64,000 bases of DNA from the NCBI GenBank assembly GCA_016748015.1, contig JAAOMT010000607.1:248001-312000 (forward strand), in the 5' to 3' direction. A program made the position numbers and the translations under genes. The notes beneath the pieces are model-generated. The model searched no databases. It had not been told where the DNA came from and saw only the letters and a list, made by a program, of their open reading frames with translations. The DNA is from Geosiphon pyriformis uo1 (Eukaryota > Fungi > Glomeromycota). Below, one piece after another: positions 51,295 to 64,000 of the stretch; position 1 is the first letter of the stretch; each line of letters opens with the position of its first letter.

Positions 51295-52668
51295 ATGAAC
51301 ATACAAAAATATTAACAACTCCAATATTATATAAATACCCAATTATTCAAGGAGAAATTATCTCAAAAAGAACAAAACAACATCAAACAACAATCCAAAT
51401 ATTTTATTACTCACCAAAATATACTTTATTGAAAGAACAGAAAAAATTCAGATCAACTAACCAGAGTAGTTACAGAGCCAGAAAAAGAAACAATATTATT
51501 CAACATGTACTCAGACCTAATGGCAGAACATTTCCATAAAGAAACAATCATAGAAAAAACCAAAAAAAGATATTATTGGTCATTAATGTATCTAAACATC
51601 ATTCAATATGTCCAAAATTGTGATGCTTGTCAGAGAAAAAGAGAAATAAGACCAAGTGAACCATTAAGACCAATTAAAGTAAAACAACTATTTGATCAAA
51701 TTGGAATTGACTTAGTCAGACCATTAACAATCACTAGCAGAGACAACAAATATATTGCAGTAGCCATGAACTATCTTACCAAATGGCCAGAAGCAAAAGC
51801 CATTCAAAGAGCAAATGCAGAATCCATCACCAAATTCGTTTATCAAGATCTAATTTGTTGATATAGATGTCCAAAAAAATTACTATTAGATCAAGGAACT
51901 CACTTTGTAAACAGAACATTAGCAGAATTAAGTCAAAGATTTGGAATCAAAAAACTATTATTATTATCATATTATTCACAAACAAATGGCTTAATTGAAA
52001 AATTCAATAAAACATTGTGTAAAACAATTGCCAAAATCAGCCAAAAAAATCAAGATGAATGGGATTTGTTTATATCATTAGTACTATTTGCTTATTGAAC
52101 AATGAAGCAAGATACCACACAAGCAACATCATTTGAGTTGGTCTATGATAGAACAGCAACATTACCAGTTAAGATAAAAGTCAATACATATTCAATGGAA
52201 CCAATAACAGAAGACAATTTTCAAGAAACATTGCTAAGAAGAATGTATAACTTAATGAAAACACTAAAAAAAAAAAGGCAAAAAGCAGCTGATAATATTC
52301 AAAAGTCACAAAAAAAACAAAAAGAATGACATGATAACCAAATACCAGATAAACCAGTTGAATTCAAGATTGGAGACAAAGTACTATTACATCATATCAA
52401 AGTGAAAAAACAATGGAGTGAAAAATTTGATCCCAAATGGAATGGATCATTTCACATAAAAAAAATTCTAGGAAATGGAGCTTATAAATTAAGATAGAAC
52501 AACAAAATTTTAGCCAAAGCAGCACATAGTAATTAACTGAAATCATATCACTATATAGTATTATCATCCACCAATAATTCACAACTGAGAGTACAGAAAA
52601 TACTAGTCCAACCAAATAAGATTTTACGAGATCTGAAACCAATCATAATCATTAGACCAAACATGTAA
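51295..52668 (+). pseudogene. E5 integrase (separate ORF)
   Basis: ATG at 51295 in frame with ORF 51505; CDAC, GIDLV, DQGTHF. Confidence 0.85.
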
Positions 52669-52728
52669 AATTAAACAATAAGAAAGATTTATAAAAACAT
52701 AATAGACATGATAAAAGACATTAGAAAA

Positions 52729-53367
52729 ATGGAAATTACTGACAACATTTACTCACTAGCACAACAACTTTTCCAATTGATTCAATAACAAGAAATAAAA
52801 ATCACAATCAATCAACAAACCATTAGATACACAAACACCAGAAAAAAACCACAGGATAAAGTACAGAAAAAAACAGAAAACACTGTTAACAAAATAATCG
52901 CAAAAGTAAAATTGGCAATAAAAGCACAACCAAAAGTCACTCAATATCAAGAGTTGACTATAAAAACTTGGAATTGGTAAATACAACAATTTCCAAAAAA
53001 CTTTTATTACTTTTACTTGGGACAACACTTGAACATTCAGAATCTATACATGGATAAAACAAAACAATTATTTGACACAACAATACTACAACAACTGGAA
53101 CAATTTGTGAGGAAGAACAATTTAATCACACAAGCAAGAACCATTTATCAGCTACATACCAAATTTCAAGATCGACTAGAAATCTTGCTCAACACAGAAA
53201 TAGACACTGTTACTGTCAACCAAATAGGAAAAATAACCAATGCCTAATTTGAAAAATTACAGAACAAGATAATACAAGTAATTCTCAAAAAAAAAGTTCA
53301 AGAAATACTCAAAAATAAAGAATTAGAGTTAGAAGATTTAGGAGATCTTGACAGAGCTTAATATTAA
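52729..53367 (+). pseudogene. E5 ORF3
   Basis: MEITDNIYSLAQQLF...LGQHLNIQNLY in one frame, ending at the PPT. Confidence 0.75.
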
Positions 53368-53380
53368 AAAGAGGGAATAA

Positions 53381-54256
53381 TGTTACTCATAGAATATAAG
53401 AAATATATTAGCATATAAATTAGCCAATCAGAAGTAGACATAGTAAATATGAAATTCCAGAATTCCTTTTATAAGAATTGCAAGATTTCAAGAATTTCAA
53501 GATTCTCATATGAGAAATTACAGGATACCAGAATTCCAGAATTCCTTTCAAAGAAATTGCAAGATTCCAAGGATTCTGGAATTCCTGGTGTGAAGAATCA
53601 AGAAATTGAGAAATCTCAATTATGTATATATAGTAGTAGCATTAGAAGTAAAAAAGACAGATCTCTTAGTTTAGATATAATCTAAGCAACCTTCCAAATC
53701 ACAAATATTAATAAATAACTATTTGCTATCTTAATCCACTCTCCACTATCAACACTTTATGTTGATAGTAATCTATATTTAACCACACTAAAACAATAAC
53801 TCTTGATCACAGCTATTAACAAGATACTAACTTGTAAATTGCCTTGGCTTATTTTTTTACTCCTTTTATTTTTTTTTTTTCTTTATTTTTTTTTTATTTT
53901 TTTATTTTATTGTCATATACTAATTGATTAAAGATTAAGTGCTGAATTATTAATGTTACAGATAGTCTAGTAAAAGACCCAGAGATAAGAGTAAAATATT
54001 ATATATATTAATGGATAGGTTACCAGAAGAACATGACTGCCAGAATAAACTGGCCACTATACTGAAGACAAAAATTGGGAAAACCATTCACCAACCAACC
54101 ACATCATTATTAAATCTCTGTCTATTATATAAAAGACCCAACCAAATCTTTAGACACAAAATTTTCAGATTACCAACAACATTATCAGTATATCAATTGA
54201 ACACCAAGCTACAGGTTTGTTATTTATTCTAATACCAGAAATAATCATCTGTAACA
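53381..54256 (+). repeat. E5 3' LTR
   Basis: Uninterrupted match to 20503-20993 plus 33295-33634. Confidence 0.92.
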
Positions 54257-57200
54257 ACACAAAAAAAAAACTATCTTATATTTTTCTTAGATATATTAAC
54301 TATAAAAAGAAGCTGTTGTTACAAATGATTATTTGTGGCCTCAAATCAAATAACAAACCTGTAACTTGGTGCTCAATAGCTATTTGCAATGATGACGATG
54401 TTACTCATAAAAGAAAACAGATATAGAAAATAGTAGACCAATAAGTGAATAGTTAGCATGTGAGCACATTGCTTAGCAATGTGAAGCAATGTCAGAAATC
54501 ATGGCATATCGCTTAGCAATGTGGAGCAATGTTAAGAAGATATGACACATTGCTCAGCAATGTGAGCATTGCTTGGGAAATTATAGCACATCACTCAAGA
54601 ATGTGAGTGATCTTGTAGAACCCAAATTATGTATATATAGCAGTAGTGCTAAAAGTAGAAAGAACAGAATCTATTAATTAGAAATCTTCCACATTACAAA
54701 TATCAATAAATAATTATTTACTATCTCAATTTACTTTCCACTATCAACACTTCATGTTGATAGTAATAGATACTTAACCACACTGGAACAATAGCTTTTT
54801 ATCACGGCTATTGATGAGATACTAACTTGTAATTGCTTTTTTTTATTTCTTTATTTTTTCTTTTATTTTTTTTTGTTATTTTTTTGGTTTTACTAAATTG
54901 ATTAAGGATTAAGTGCTAAGATACAGACGTCATAAAGACTGGTAAAAGACCTGTGAAACAAGGGTAGAACACTCATAAATATGAGGATAACTTACTAAGA
55001 GGATTACTGGCCACCATGCTGAGAAAAAAATTTGATGGAATTGCGATTTTGGAAGGCTACTAAAAACAACTATTAAATCTCTGTTCATTATACAAAGAAT
55101 TTCACAACAAAATCTTCAGAACAACCAAAACCTTTAGTATCAACACCAGAGTACCAACCAAGCACCAAGTTACAGATTTGTTATTTGACTTGAGACCCCA
55201 AATAAACATCTGTAACATTTAGTGCTCCCTGTGAAGTGTAATTCTACAGAGAACTAGCACCATCAACAATCATCCAAAAGTGGCAAAATCAGAAATCATA
55301 GGGACAAACTATTTAGAATTCGCCAAATTCTTGTTTTAGCAGTACAATCAACAATTAGAATTAAACAATAATCATTTCTCAGCAGAATTAGCCTTTAACT
55401 TCTACATCAATAATAAAATCACAGATTGCTTAGAAGGAACAGTTAACATTGAATCAGCAAGAAAAAACTTCTATACAGAATTATTTCAACATACCAGCTT
55501 ACTAAGAAACTACAGTTTTATACCAATTATTAAAGAAATCAATCAAACCATTGAAAGATATACACAACAACAATTCCCTATCACTTATGCAGATAAAGAC
55601 AAAGGAAGATTGCAAACCCCAACAGTAACACCCAAACAAATACAACCACCTAATTAGAAGAAAACCTGAGTTGAATTACCCACCAATCCATCATACTATT
55701 ATACACCCAGAAGTGCCATTAACATTTCATCAACAGACATGTCCACATCAAACATGACTTCAACTTTTGGATGCTTTTCATTCCAAAGTAAACAAAAAAA
55801 AGCAGAGTTATTAGAATCATATGGCAATTACTTTGAAGGATTTAAATCATAATTGCCAACACCATCAGAATTCCAATTACCACCATCCCAACCAGATTTC
55901 GGAAACGCAAGTCTCTGGAAGATAACGGAATCAGAAAAAGAGGAAAAAGAATCTGAAGATCAAGAATTTACTTACCAGAACCCAATCCCAGAAAACCCGA
56001 ACATTGAAACCCCAAATTTTCAGACTCAGCAAAATCTAAATTTAGAAAATCCAGAAATTAAAACTCCAAATTTTCAAACACAGCACAATCAGAATGATCA
56101 AAATTCTGACATCAATAATTAACAACACTTACCTCCAGTAATTATGATCAATCTACCCTTACCTCCATTAATCAACAAACAGCAATAGCAGCTACTTTAA
56201 CTGCCCCAACAATCACAACAGTCACTTTTACCACTGCAACAACAACTTCAACAATCACTACAACAACAAATCATAGCACCAATGGTATATGCTCCTATTG
56301 CCAAACTTGAAAAATTTACTGGCAAAGAGGACGACACCCAAGTGTGGCTAAACAATGTAGAGAAAGCCATCATGACCAATAGATGGGATAATGCCAGAGC
56401 CATGCAGGCCATTTTTTATTTTCTCCAAAATACCACCAATTCATAGTATCAAAGCTTGGTCAACAAATCTGTAGATTTCAATGCATTCAAGCTTGCATTT
56501 CTACAATACTTTAGCAACAATAATAGTATTAATTGGCTAGCAAACACTTTCACTACTATTAAACAAGGGGAAAATGAAGCAGTCACTACTTACCTAGGAC
56601 ACTTCCATAGGAATCTGTGCCAAATTCAAGCAATCCAGACTGACTATTTTACAGCACCACAAATTCTAAACCAATTTATTAGAGGCCTGTACAGTAGTAT
56701 CCTCCAACGCATATGTCCAATGCATCTAGCAGATCTTCAAGCTGCAGTTACTAATGTCAGAGATTTTGAAGCAGCTGAACTCAAAGCCAACCATGCCCAA
56801 GCCGTAAATCTAGTGATAAATAAATCATCTGAATTGGATTCCAAATTGAAACAATTTAGTGATTTCATTAACCAAAAGCTGGAAGGGTACTTAGCTGACA
56901 ATCGCACAATTTATTAGCCACTCCAATGATGCAATAATTTAGGAATCACAAATTGTCCACAAAATCAGTCACATTCTTCATCATCATCTAATCAGCTGTG
57001 GCAGCAAAAGACACATATCTGCCACTACTGTGGTAAACAAGAACATTTGAGAATTGATTGTTGGTAAAAATAAAAAACCAATGATTGGAAAATCAATATC
57101 GAAACCCTGATCACAGGTTTCCAACTCCGAGTTATCAATCAAGCTCAGCAACATATCAACCAACTTACCTGCCAATAATGCAACAGCCAATATATCAACC

Positions 57201-59008
57201 ACCCATATATTAACCTCCAGTTTATCAACTACAGCTGCCAATAATATATTAACCACTGCAGCCACAAATAATTTATCAGACACCTGCAATGCAAACACCA
57301 TCATCAAATCCAGCTCAAATGACATCAGGGAACTCTAGATCAAAAGTTATTTAAAACTAGAGATTGGCAATGGTTGTTCACCAACCAATCTCCAGTTCAT
57401 CCAACCAGCCATTCAGATTATGACAGCAGTTGGATACTTAACCACTAAAGTTAAGGATCAACCACCAAACTACATTCCAGATTTTCCACAGCTTTGTAAA
57501 TATGTGGACATTACATCACAAACCATCTACAGACGAAGTAAATGTTATCTGCTCCAACCAGAACAATTGGAACAGATAAACATGGGGAATCTAGACCCAC
57601 TACAACAAATGCAACTAAAGATGTTATTCAAAAATTTCAATGACATCTTTGCTAGTGAAAATGAATTTGGCTGCATTAACATCATTTAGCATCAGATCAA
57701 GACTGGAGATGCAATGCCAATTAAACAAAGAGCATACAGAGTACCACCAGCCAGTCATGAAATCATTCATTAAGAAATTAACCAAATGCTTGACAATGGG
57801 CTAATTTAGCCATCAATGAGTCCATGGTCATCACCAATAGTACTGGTCCAGAAGAAGAATGGAAAGATCCATTTCTGTGTAGACTATTGAAAACTGAATG
57901 AAGTAACCAAAGGTGATAGCTATCCAACTCCAAAGATCCAAGAACTATTTGATGCTTTTGGAGGAAATAAATGGTTTTCGGCACTGGATTTAGATAGTGG
58001 TTACTGGCAAGTAGCCATGAGTCTAGCTGATAAAGAGAAAACAGCATTTACCACAAGAGAAAGAAACTTTGAGTTTAAAGTAATGCCAATTGGCTTGATG
58101 AATGCTTCAGCAACATTCCAGCAACTTATGGAAATTGTCTATATTGGATTACTATGGAAATCAGTAATCATATATCTGGATAACACCAATGTGTTCTCAA
58201 AAACATTTGATAACTATTTGCACCATTTCTAGCAAGTGTTCAAAAGATTAAGAAGAGTCGGATTAAAACTAAATGCAATCAAATGTTTTTTTGGAAAAAC
58301 AGAACTAAAATTCTTGGGACATGTTATAAGCAAAGATGGCATCAAAACAGATCCAGATAAGATTGAAGTTGTCAAGAACTTTTCAGTACCAAACAATCTC
58401 ACAGAACTAAGAGCATTCTTGGGATTTGCAGGCTATTATCACTGTTTTATCAAAGACTTTTCGAAACTGGCTCAACTACTTCACCATTTACAAACCAAGA
58501 ATGTGAAGTATAAATGGACCAAAGCTTAACAAGAAGTGTTTGACACATTAAGAAGAAAGCTTATCCAAGCTCCAATATTAATGTATCCAAATTACAGTAA
58601 ACTATTTATAATCACCATTGATGCATCAGGTTAAGTATTGGAAGCAGTACTATCACAAAAAAGACTAGATAGAAAAGAGCATTCAGTAGTTTATGCCAGT
58701 AGAAGCTTAAGTCTAGCTGAGAAGAACTATGGAACTCCAGCACTAGAACACTTAGCTATCTATTGGGCTGTTATCAAATAGAAAAAATACTTGAGTCAAA
58801 AGTTTGAGATGTACACTAATCACAAAGGATTGACTTCAATCCAGAGACAAAAATTTGCAGATGACTGCCATGCCAGATGGAAAATAGAACTTTCACCATT
58901 TAATTATACAGTACATTATAAAAAAGAAAAAAACAATAGAAATGCTGACGGTTTGTTATGAATGAGACAAATCTAAAGACATTTCAACCCAAAAAAATAT
59001 AACAAAAC

Positions 59009-60391
59009 ATAAATATACAAAAATACCAACAACTTCAACATTATATAAATACCCAATTGTTCAAAAAGAAATTATCTCAAAAAGAACAAAGAAACATAAA
59101 ACAACAATCAAAATATTTTATCAATCATCAAAATATACTTTACTAAAAGAACAGAAGAAATTCAGATCAACCAACCAGAGTAATTACAGAACCAAAGAAA
59201 AAGACAATATTATTTAACATGCACTCAGATCCAACAGCAGGACATTTTTATAAAGAAGCAACCATGAAAAGAACTAGAAAAAGATATTATTGGCCATTAA
59301 TGTATCCAGATATTATCTAATATGTTCAAAATTGTGATGCTTGTTAGAGAAGAGGTGGAACAAAAACCAGTGAACCATTGAGGCCAATCAAAGTGGGACA
59401 ACCATTCAACCACATTGGAATTAATTTAGTTGAACCATTAACAATCACTAGCAGAGACAACAGATATATTGCAGTAATCATGGATTATCTCACAAAATGG
59501 CCAGAAGCAAAAGCCATTCAAAGAGCAGATACAGAATCTGTTGCCAAATTCGTTCATCAAGATTTGATTTGTCAACATGGATGTCTAAAAAAACTACTAT
59601 CAGATCAAAGAACTCATTTTGTGAACAAAACATTGACAGAATTAAGTCAAAGATTTGGAATCAAAAGACTATTGTCATCACCATACCATCCACAAACCAA
59701 TGGATTAGTAGAAAAATTCAATAAAACACTGTGTGAAGCAATTGCCAAGATCAGTCAAAAAAACCAGAACAAATGGGATTTGTTCATATCATTAGTATTA
59801 TTTGCTTATTGGACAATGAAGCAAAACACTACACAAGCAACACTATTTGAATTAGTATATGGTAGAACAGCAACATTACCAGTTAAGATAGAAGTTAATA
59901 TTTATCTAGTAGAACCAATAACTGAAGATAATTTTCAGAAAACATTGCTAAGAAGAACATATGACTTGATGAAAACTCTAGAAAACAAGTGACGAAGAAC
60001 AGCCAATAACATTCAGAAGTCACAAGAAAAACCAAAAAAAAGACATGATAACCAACTATCAGATAAACCAGTTGAATTCAAGATTGAAAACAAAGTACTG
60101 TTACATCATACCAAAGCAGAAAAACAATGGAGTGGAAAATTTGACTCCACATGGGACAGACCATTTCACATAGAAGAAATTCTTGGAAATAGAGCTTATA
60201 AATTAAAATAAGACAACAAAATTTTAGCCAAAGCAGCACATGGTGATTGACTGAAACTATATCACCAGATAGTATCATCATCCACCAATAACATTTCACA
60301 ACTGGGAGTACAAAAAATAATAGTTCAACCAGATGAGATTCCACAAGATCTGGAACTAATCATAGTTATTGAACCAAACATGTCAAATTGA
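59009..60391 (+). pseudogene. E9 integrase (separate ORF)
   Basis: ORF 59378-59992 contains the DDE core with SSPYHPQTNGLVE; follows the RH stop at 58974-58976. Confidence 0.88.
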
Positions 60392-60445
60392 ACAACCAAA
60401 AGAGTATATAAAGACACAGTACATGTGACAAAAGCAACCAAGAAA

Positions 60446-61081
60446 ATGGAAATACCAGATCATATTCATACTATAGCTCAACAATTGTTCCAGGCCTTAA
60501 ATCAACAACAGTTAAACATGGAAATTGTTATTAACACCCAAATAATTTGCTATTGAAACATCAAAAGAAAGACAAAGAATACACTATATCAGTGACCACC
60601 AAAGAATGATAAAAACTGAACAGATAACTTAATAAAAAAAGTAAAAACCACTTTTGAGAAAAAATCTATTATGACACTAACAGAAGAGCTTACAAAAAAA
60701 AATTGGAAGCAATGGACAAAACAACTTCTAATATCATATTGCTACTACCAGTTAGGTCAAAAGTTGAATATTCAGGAATTGTATATCAACAAATCTAAAA
60801 GAATATTCAACCAAGACATAATACAACAAATTGAAGAATTTATCAAAAAGAAAACAAATTCAATACTACATGTTAAAACAATGTACCGACTACACAACAT
60901 ATTTCAGAATTATTCAGAAATACTGTTACACTCTGACATGGAAACCATAACCATTAACCAATGGAAAAGAATAAACAATACACAAGTAGAAAACATGAGG
61001 AACAGAGTCAAACAAACAATACTTAAAAAAGAAGTATTAGAATTAATTCAAAACAAAGATTTCAATGGAGCTCAATATTAA
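60446..61081 (+). pseudogene. E9 ORF3
   Basis: MEIPDHIHTIAQQLF...SYCYYQLGQKLNIQELY...DFNGAQY-stop. Confidence 0.8.
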
Positions 61082-62755
61082 AAGAGAGGAGATAATGTTA
61101 CTCATAAAAAGAAAACAGATATAGAAAATAGTAGACCAATAAGTAAGTAGTTAGCATGTAAACACATTGTTCAGCAATATGGAGCAATATCAGAAATTAT
61201 GGCACATTGCTCAGCAATATGGAGCAATGTCAGAAATCATAGCACATCACTCAGCAATATGGAGCAATGTTAAGAAGATATGACACATTGCTCAGCAATG
61301 TGAGCATTGCTTGGGAAATTATAGCACATCACTCAAGAATATGAGCGATTTTATAGAACCCAAATTATGTATATATAGTAGTAGTGCTAGAAGTAGAAAA
61401 AACAGAATCCATCAGTTAAAAACCTTTCACATTACAAATATCAATAAATAATTATTCACTATCTCAATTCACTTTCCACTATTAATACTTCATGTTGATA
61501 GTAATAGATACTTAACCACACTGGAACAATAGCTCTTGATTATGGCTATTAACAGAATACTAACTTGCAATTGCTTTTGTTTATTTTTTTATTTTTTATT
61601 TTATTTCTTTTTGTTATTTCTTTGGTTTTACTAAATTGATTAAGGATTAAGCACTGAGATACAGACGTTATAAAAACTGGTAAAAAACCCATGAAACAAG
61701 GATAGAACACTCATAGATTTGAGGATAGCTTATCAGGAGAATTACTGGCCACCATGCTAAGAAAGAAATTTGACAGAATTGTGATTCCAGGAGGCTACTA
61801 AAAACAACTATTAAATCTCTGTCCATTATACAAAAAACTCCACAACAAAACCTTCAGAACAACCAAAACCTTCAGATATCAACACCAGAGTACCAACCAA
61901 GCACCAAGTTACAGATTTGTTATTTAACTTGAGACCCTAAATAAACATCTGTAACAATAATCTGAAGGTTTTGGTTGAGTTTTTTGTATAATGAACAGAG
62001 ATTCAATAGTGTTTTAGTAGCCTTCCAGAATTGCAATTCTATTGAATTTTTTTCTTAGCATAGTGGCCAATAATCTAGCAAAAATGTTCTTTTGGTAAGC
62101 TATCCTTAAATTTTCAAGTCTATACCCTTCCTTTGAGGTCTTTTACCAGGCTATCCTTGATGTCAATAATTTAGTGCTTGATCCTCAATCAATTAGTAAA
62201 CAACAATAAAATCAAAGAAAAGAAAAGAAAAGAAAATAAAATAAAATAAAATAAAATAAAATAAAATAAATAAAGAAAATAAGCCAATACAATTGTAGAT
62301 TAGTATTTCATCAATAGTTGTAATTAAGAACTATTGTTTCAGTGTGGTTAAATATCAATTACTATTAACATGAAGTGTTAATAGTGGAGAGTATATTTGA
62401 AATAGTGAATAATTATTTATTAATTTAGAAGGTTGCTTAAATTAAATCTAAACAAGAAGGTCTGTTTTTTCTATTTCTAATACTACCACTATATATACAT
62501 AATTGAGATTCCTTAATTCCTTAATTTTTCACACCAGAAATCCTGGAATTCTTGGAATTCTGCAATTCTTTTAAGGGGAATTCTGGAATTCCGGAATCCT
62601 GTAATTCCTCATATAAGAATTCTGAAATTCTTGGAATCCTGCAATTCCTCTTAGAGAAATTCTGGAATTCCACATTTTACTATGTCTATTTCTGATTGGC
62701 TAATTTATATGCTAATATATTTTTTATATTCTATGAATAACATTATTCCCTCTTT

Positions 62756-63394
62756 TTAATATTGAGCTCTGTCGAAATCTTTTAAATCTTCTAACTTTAA
62801 TTTTCTATCTTTGAGTATTTCTTGAACTTCTTTTTTGAGAATTACTTGTGTTATTTTGTTTTGTAATTCTTCAAATTAGGCATTGGTTATTTTTCTCATT
62901 TGGTTAATAGTAACAATGTTCATTCCTGTGTTGAGTAAAATTTCTGGTTAATCTTGAAATTCAGTGTGTAGCCAATAAATAGTTCTTGTTTGTGTGGTCA
63001 AATTTTTTTTCCCCACAAATTGTTCTAATTGTTGCAATATTGTTGTGTCAAATAATTGTTTTGTTTTATCTGTATATAAATTCTGAATGTTTAAGTATTG
63101 TCCCAAGTAAAAGTAACAAAAGTTTTTTGAAAATTGTTGTATTTATCAATTCCAGGTTTTTATAGTCAACTCTTAATATTGGGTGACTTTTGGTTGTACT
63201 TCTATTGCCAATTTCACTTTTGTAATTATTTTGTCAACAATGTTTTCTGTTTTTCTCCGTACTTTATCTTGTGAACTCTTTTTGTTATTTGTGTATCCAA
63301 TAGTTTGTTGATTGATTGTAATTTCTATCTTTTGTTGTTGAATTAATTGACAGAGTTGTTGTGCTAGTAAGTGAATCTTGTCAGTAATTTCCAT
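62756..63394 (-). pseudogene. E8 ORF3
   Basis: MEITDKIHLLAQQLCQL...AQY-stop; close homolog of E5 ORF3. Confidence 0.75.
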
Positions 63395-64000
63395 TTTTCT
63401 AATATTTTCTATCATGTCTATCATGTTTTTTATATTTTTAGTCACTTAATTTGATGTGTTCATGTCAATGATAATGATTGGTTCTAGATTTCGTGGAATC
63501 TCATTTGGTTGGACTAGTATTCTCTGTACTCCCAATTGTAGAATATTACTGGTGGATGATGTTGTTATCTTGTAATATGGTTTAAGTTGATTACTATGTA
63601 CTGCTTTGGCCAAAATTTTGTTGTTCTATCTTAATTTATAAGCTTTATTTCCTAGAATTTCTTCTATGTGAAATGGTTTGTCCTATTTGAAGTCAAATTT
63701 TCTACTCTATTGTTTTTCCATTTTGGTATAATATAAGAGTACTTTGTCTCTAATCTTGAATTTAACTGGTTTATCTGGTAGTTGGTTATCATGTCATTTT
63801 TTTTGTTTTTTTTGTGACTTTTGAATATTATTAACTGCTCTTTGCCATTTGTTTTTTAGTGTTTCTATTAAGTTATATGTTCTTCTTAACAATGTTTCTT
63901 GAAAATTGTCTTCTGTTATTGGTTTAGCTAGATATGTGTTAACTTTTATTTCTACTGGTAGTGTTGCTATTCTACTATAAACTAATTCAAATGGTGTTGT

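Larger units (their letters stand above)
20503..54256 (+). mobile_element. E5: complete Gypsy element carrying nested E6 (in its 5' LTR) and E7 (in its gag)
   Basis: 5' LTR 20503-20993 plus 33291-33634, 3' LTR 53381-54256, TSD ACAC at 20499-20502 and 54257-54260, PBS at 33636-33653, PPT before 53381. Confidence 0.93.
54399..61956 (+). mobile_element. E9: internally deleted Gypsy element lacking protease to dUTPase; nested in the E8 LTR
   Basis: LTRs 54399-55217 and 61096-61956, TSD ACGA/ATAA, PBS at 55218-55236; gag joined to the pre-RT region near 57430. Confidence 0.92.
54317..64000 (-). mobile_element. E8: minus-strand Gypsy 3' part (integrase C-terminus, ORF3, PPT, 3' LTR split by E9)
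   Basis: LTR 54317-54398 plus 61961-62742, PPT at about 62743-62757, integrase remnants at 63450-64000. Confidence 0.88.

Noticed and set aside
53450-53600. GAATTC-rich U3 array as heat-shock elements
   Set aside because: TTCnnGAA occurs, but the GAAnnTTC spacing needed for a full HSE is mostly absent.
60380-60450. ORF3 as an in-frame C-terminal extension of integrase (same frame in E9)
   Set aside because: E5, E6, E7 and E8 have a stop at the equivalent position, and in E6 ORF3 is in a different frame with its own conserved Met.
62215-62285. (AAAAT)n / (AAAAG)n microsatellite and poly-T tracts (also 21655-21705 and 32840-32895)
   Set aside because: These are slippage expansions of the T-rich tract present in every LTR copy, not separate features.

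Overview
This is a eukaryotic, AT-rich window made almost entirely of nested retrotransposons, with no host gene, RNA gene or CRISPR array that I can support. It is probably fungal; from memory it resembles Glomeromycotina (Geosiphon-like) repeats, which I have not verified. I resolved nine Ty3/Gypsy-type LTR elements or fragments (E1-E9), one solo LTR and one full-length LINE, using TGTTA...TAACA LTR termini, PBS/PPT sites and 4-bp TSDs. Nesting: E3 contains [E2 contains E1], [LINE] and [E4, which contains E5 and E8]; E5 contains E6 and E7, E7 contains the solo LTR, and E8 contains E9. All copies are pseudogenised, mostly by C>T/G>A transitions. The main result is an unusual architecture shared by several diverged copies. 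A Gag-PR-Cys-rich-dUTPase-dUTPase-like-RT-RNaseH polyprotein stops right after RNase H. A separately initiated integrase ORF follows. Then a third ORF of unknown function (about 210-245 aa) sits behind a TATA-like motif and runs into the PPT. Each ORF3 variant is paired with its own U3 tandem or palindromic array, which suggests an element-encoded, sequence-specific regulator; this last point is a hypothesis.
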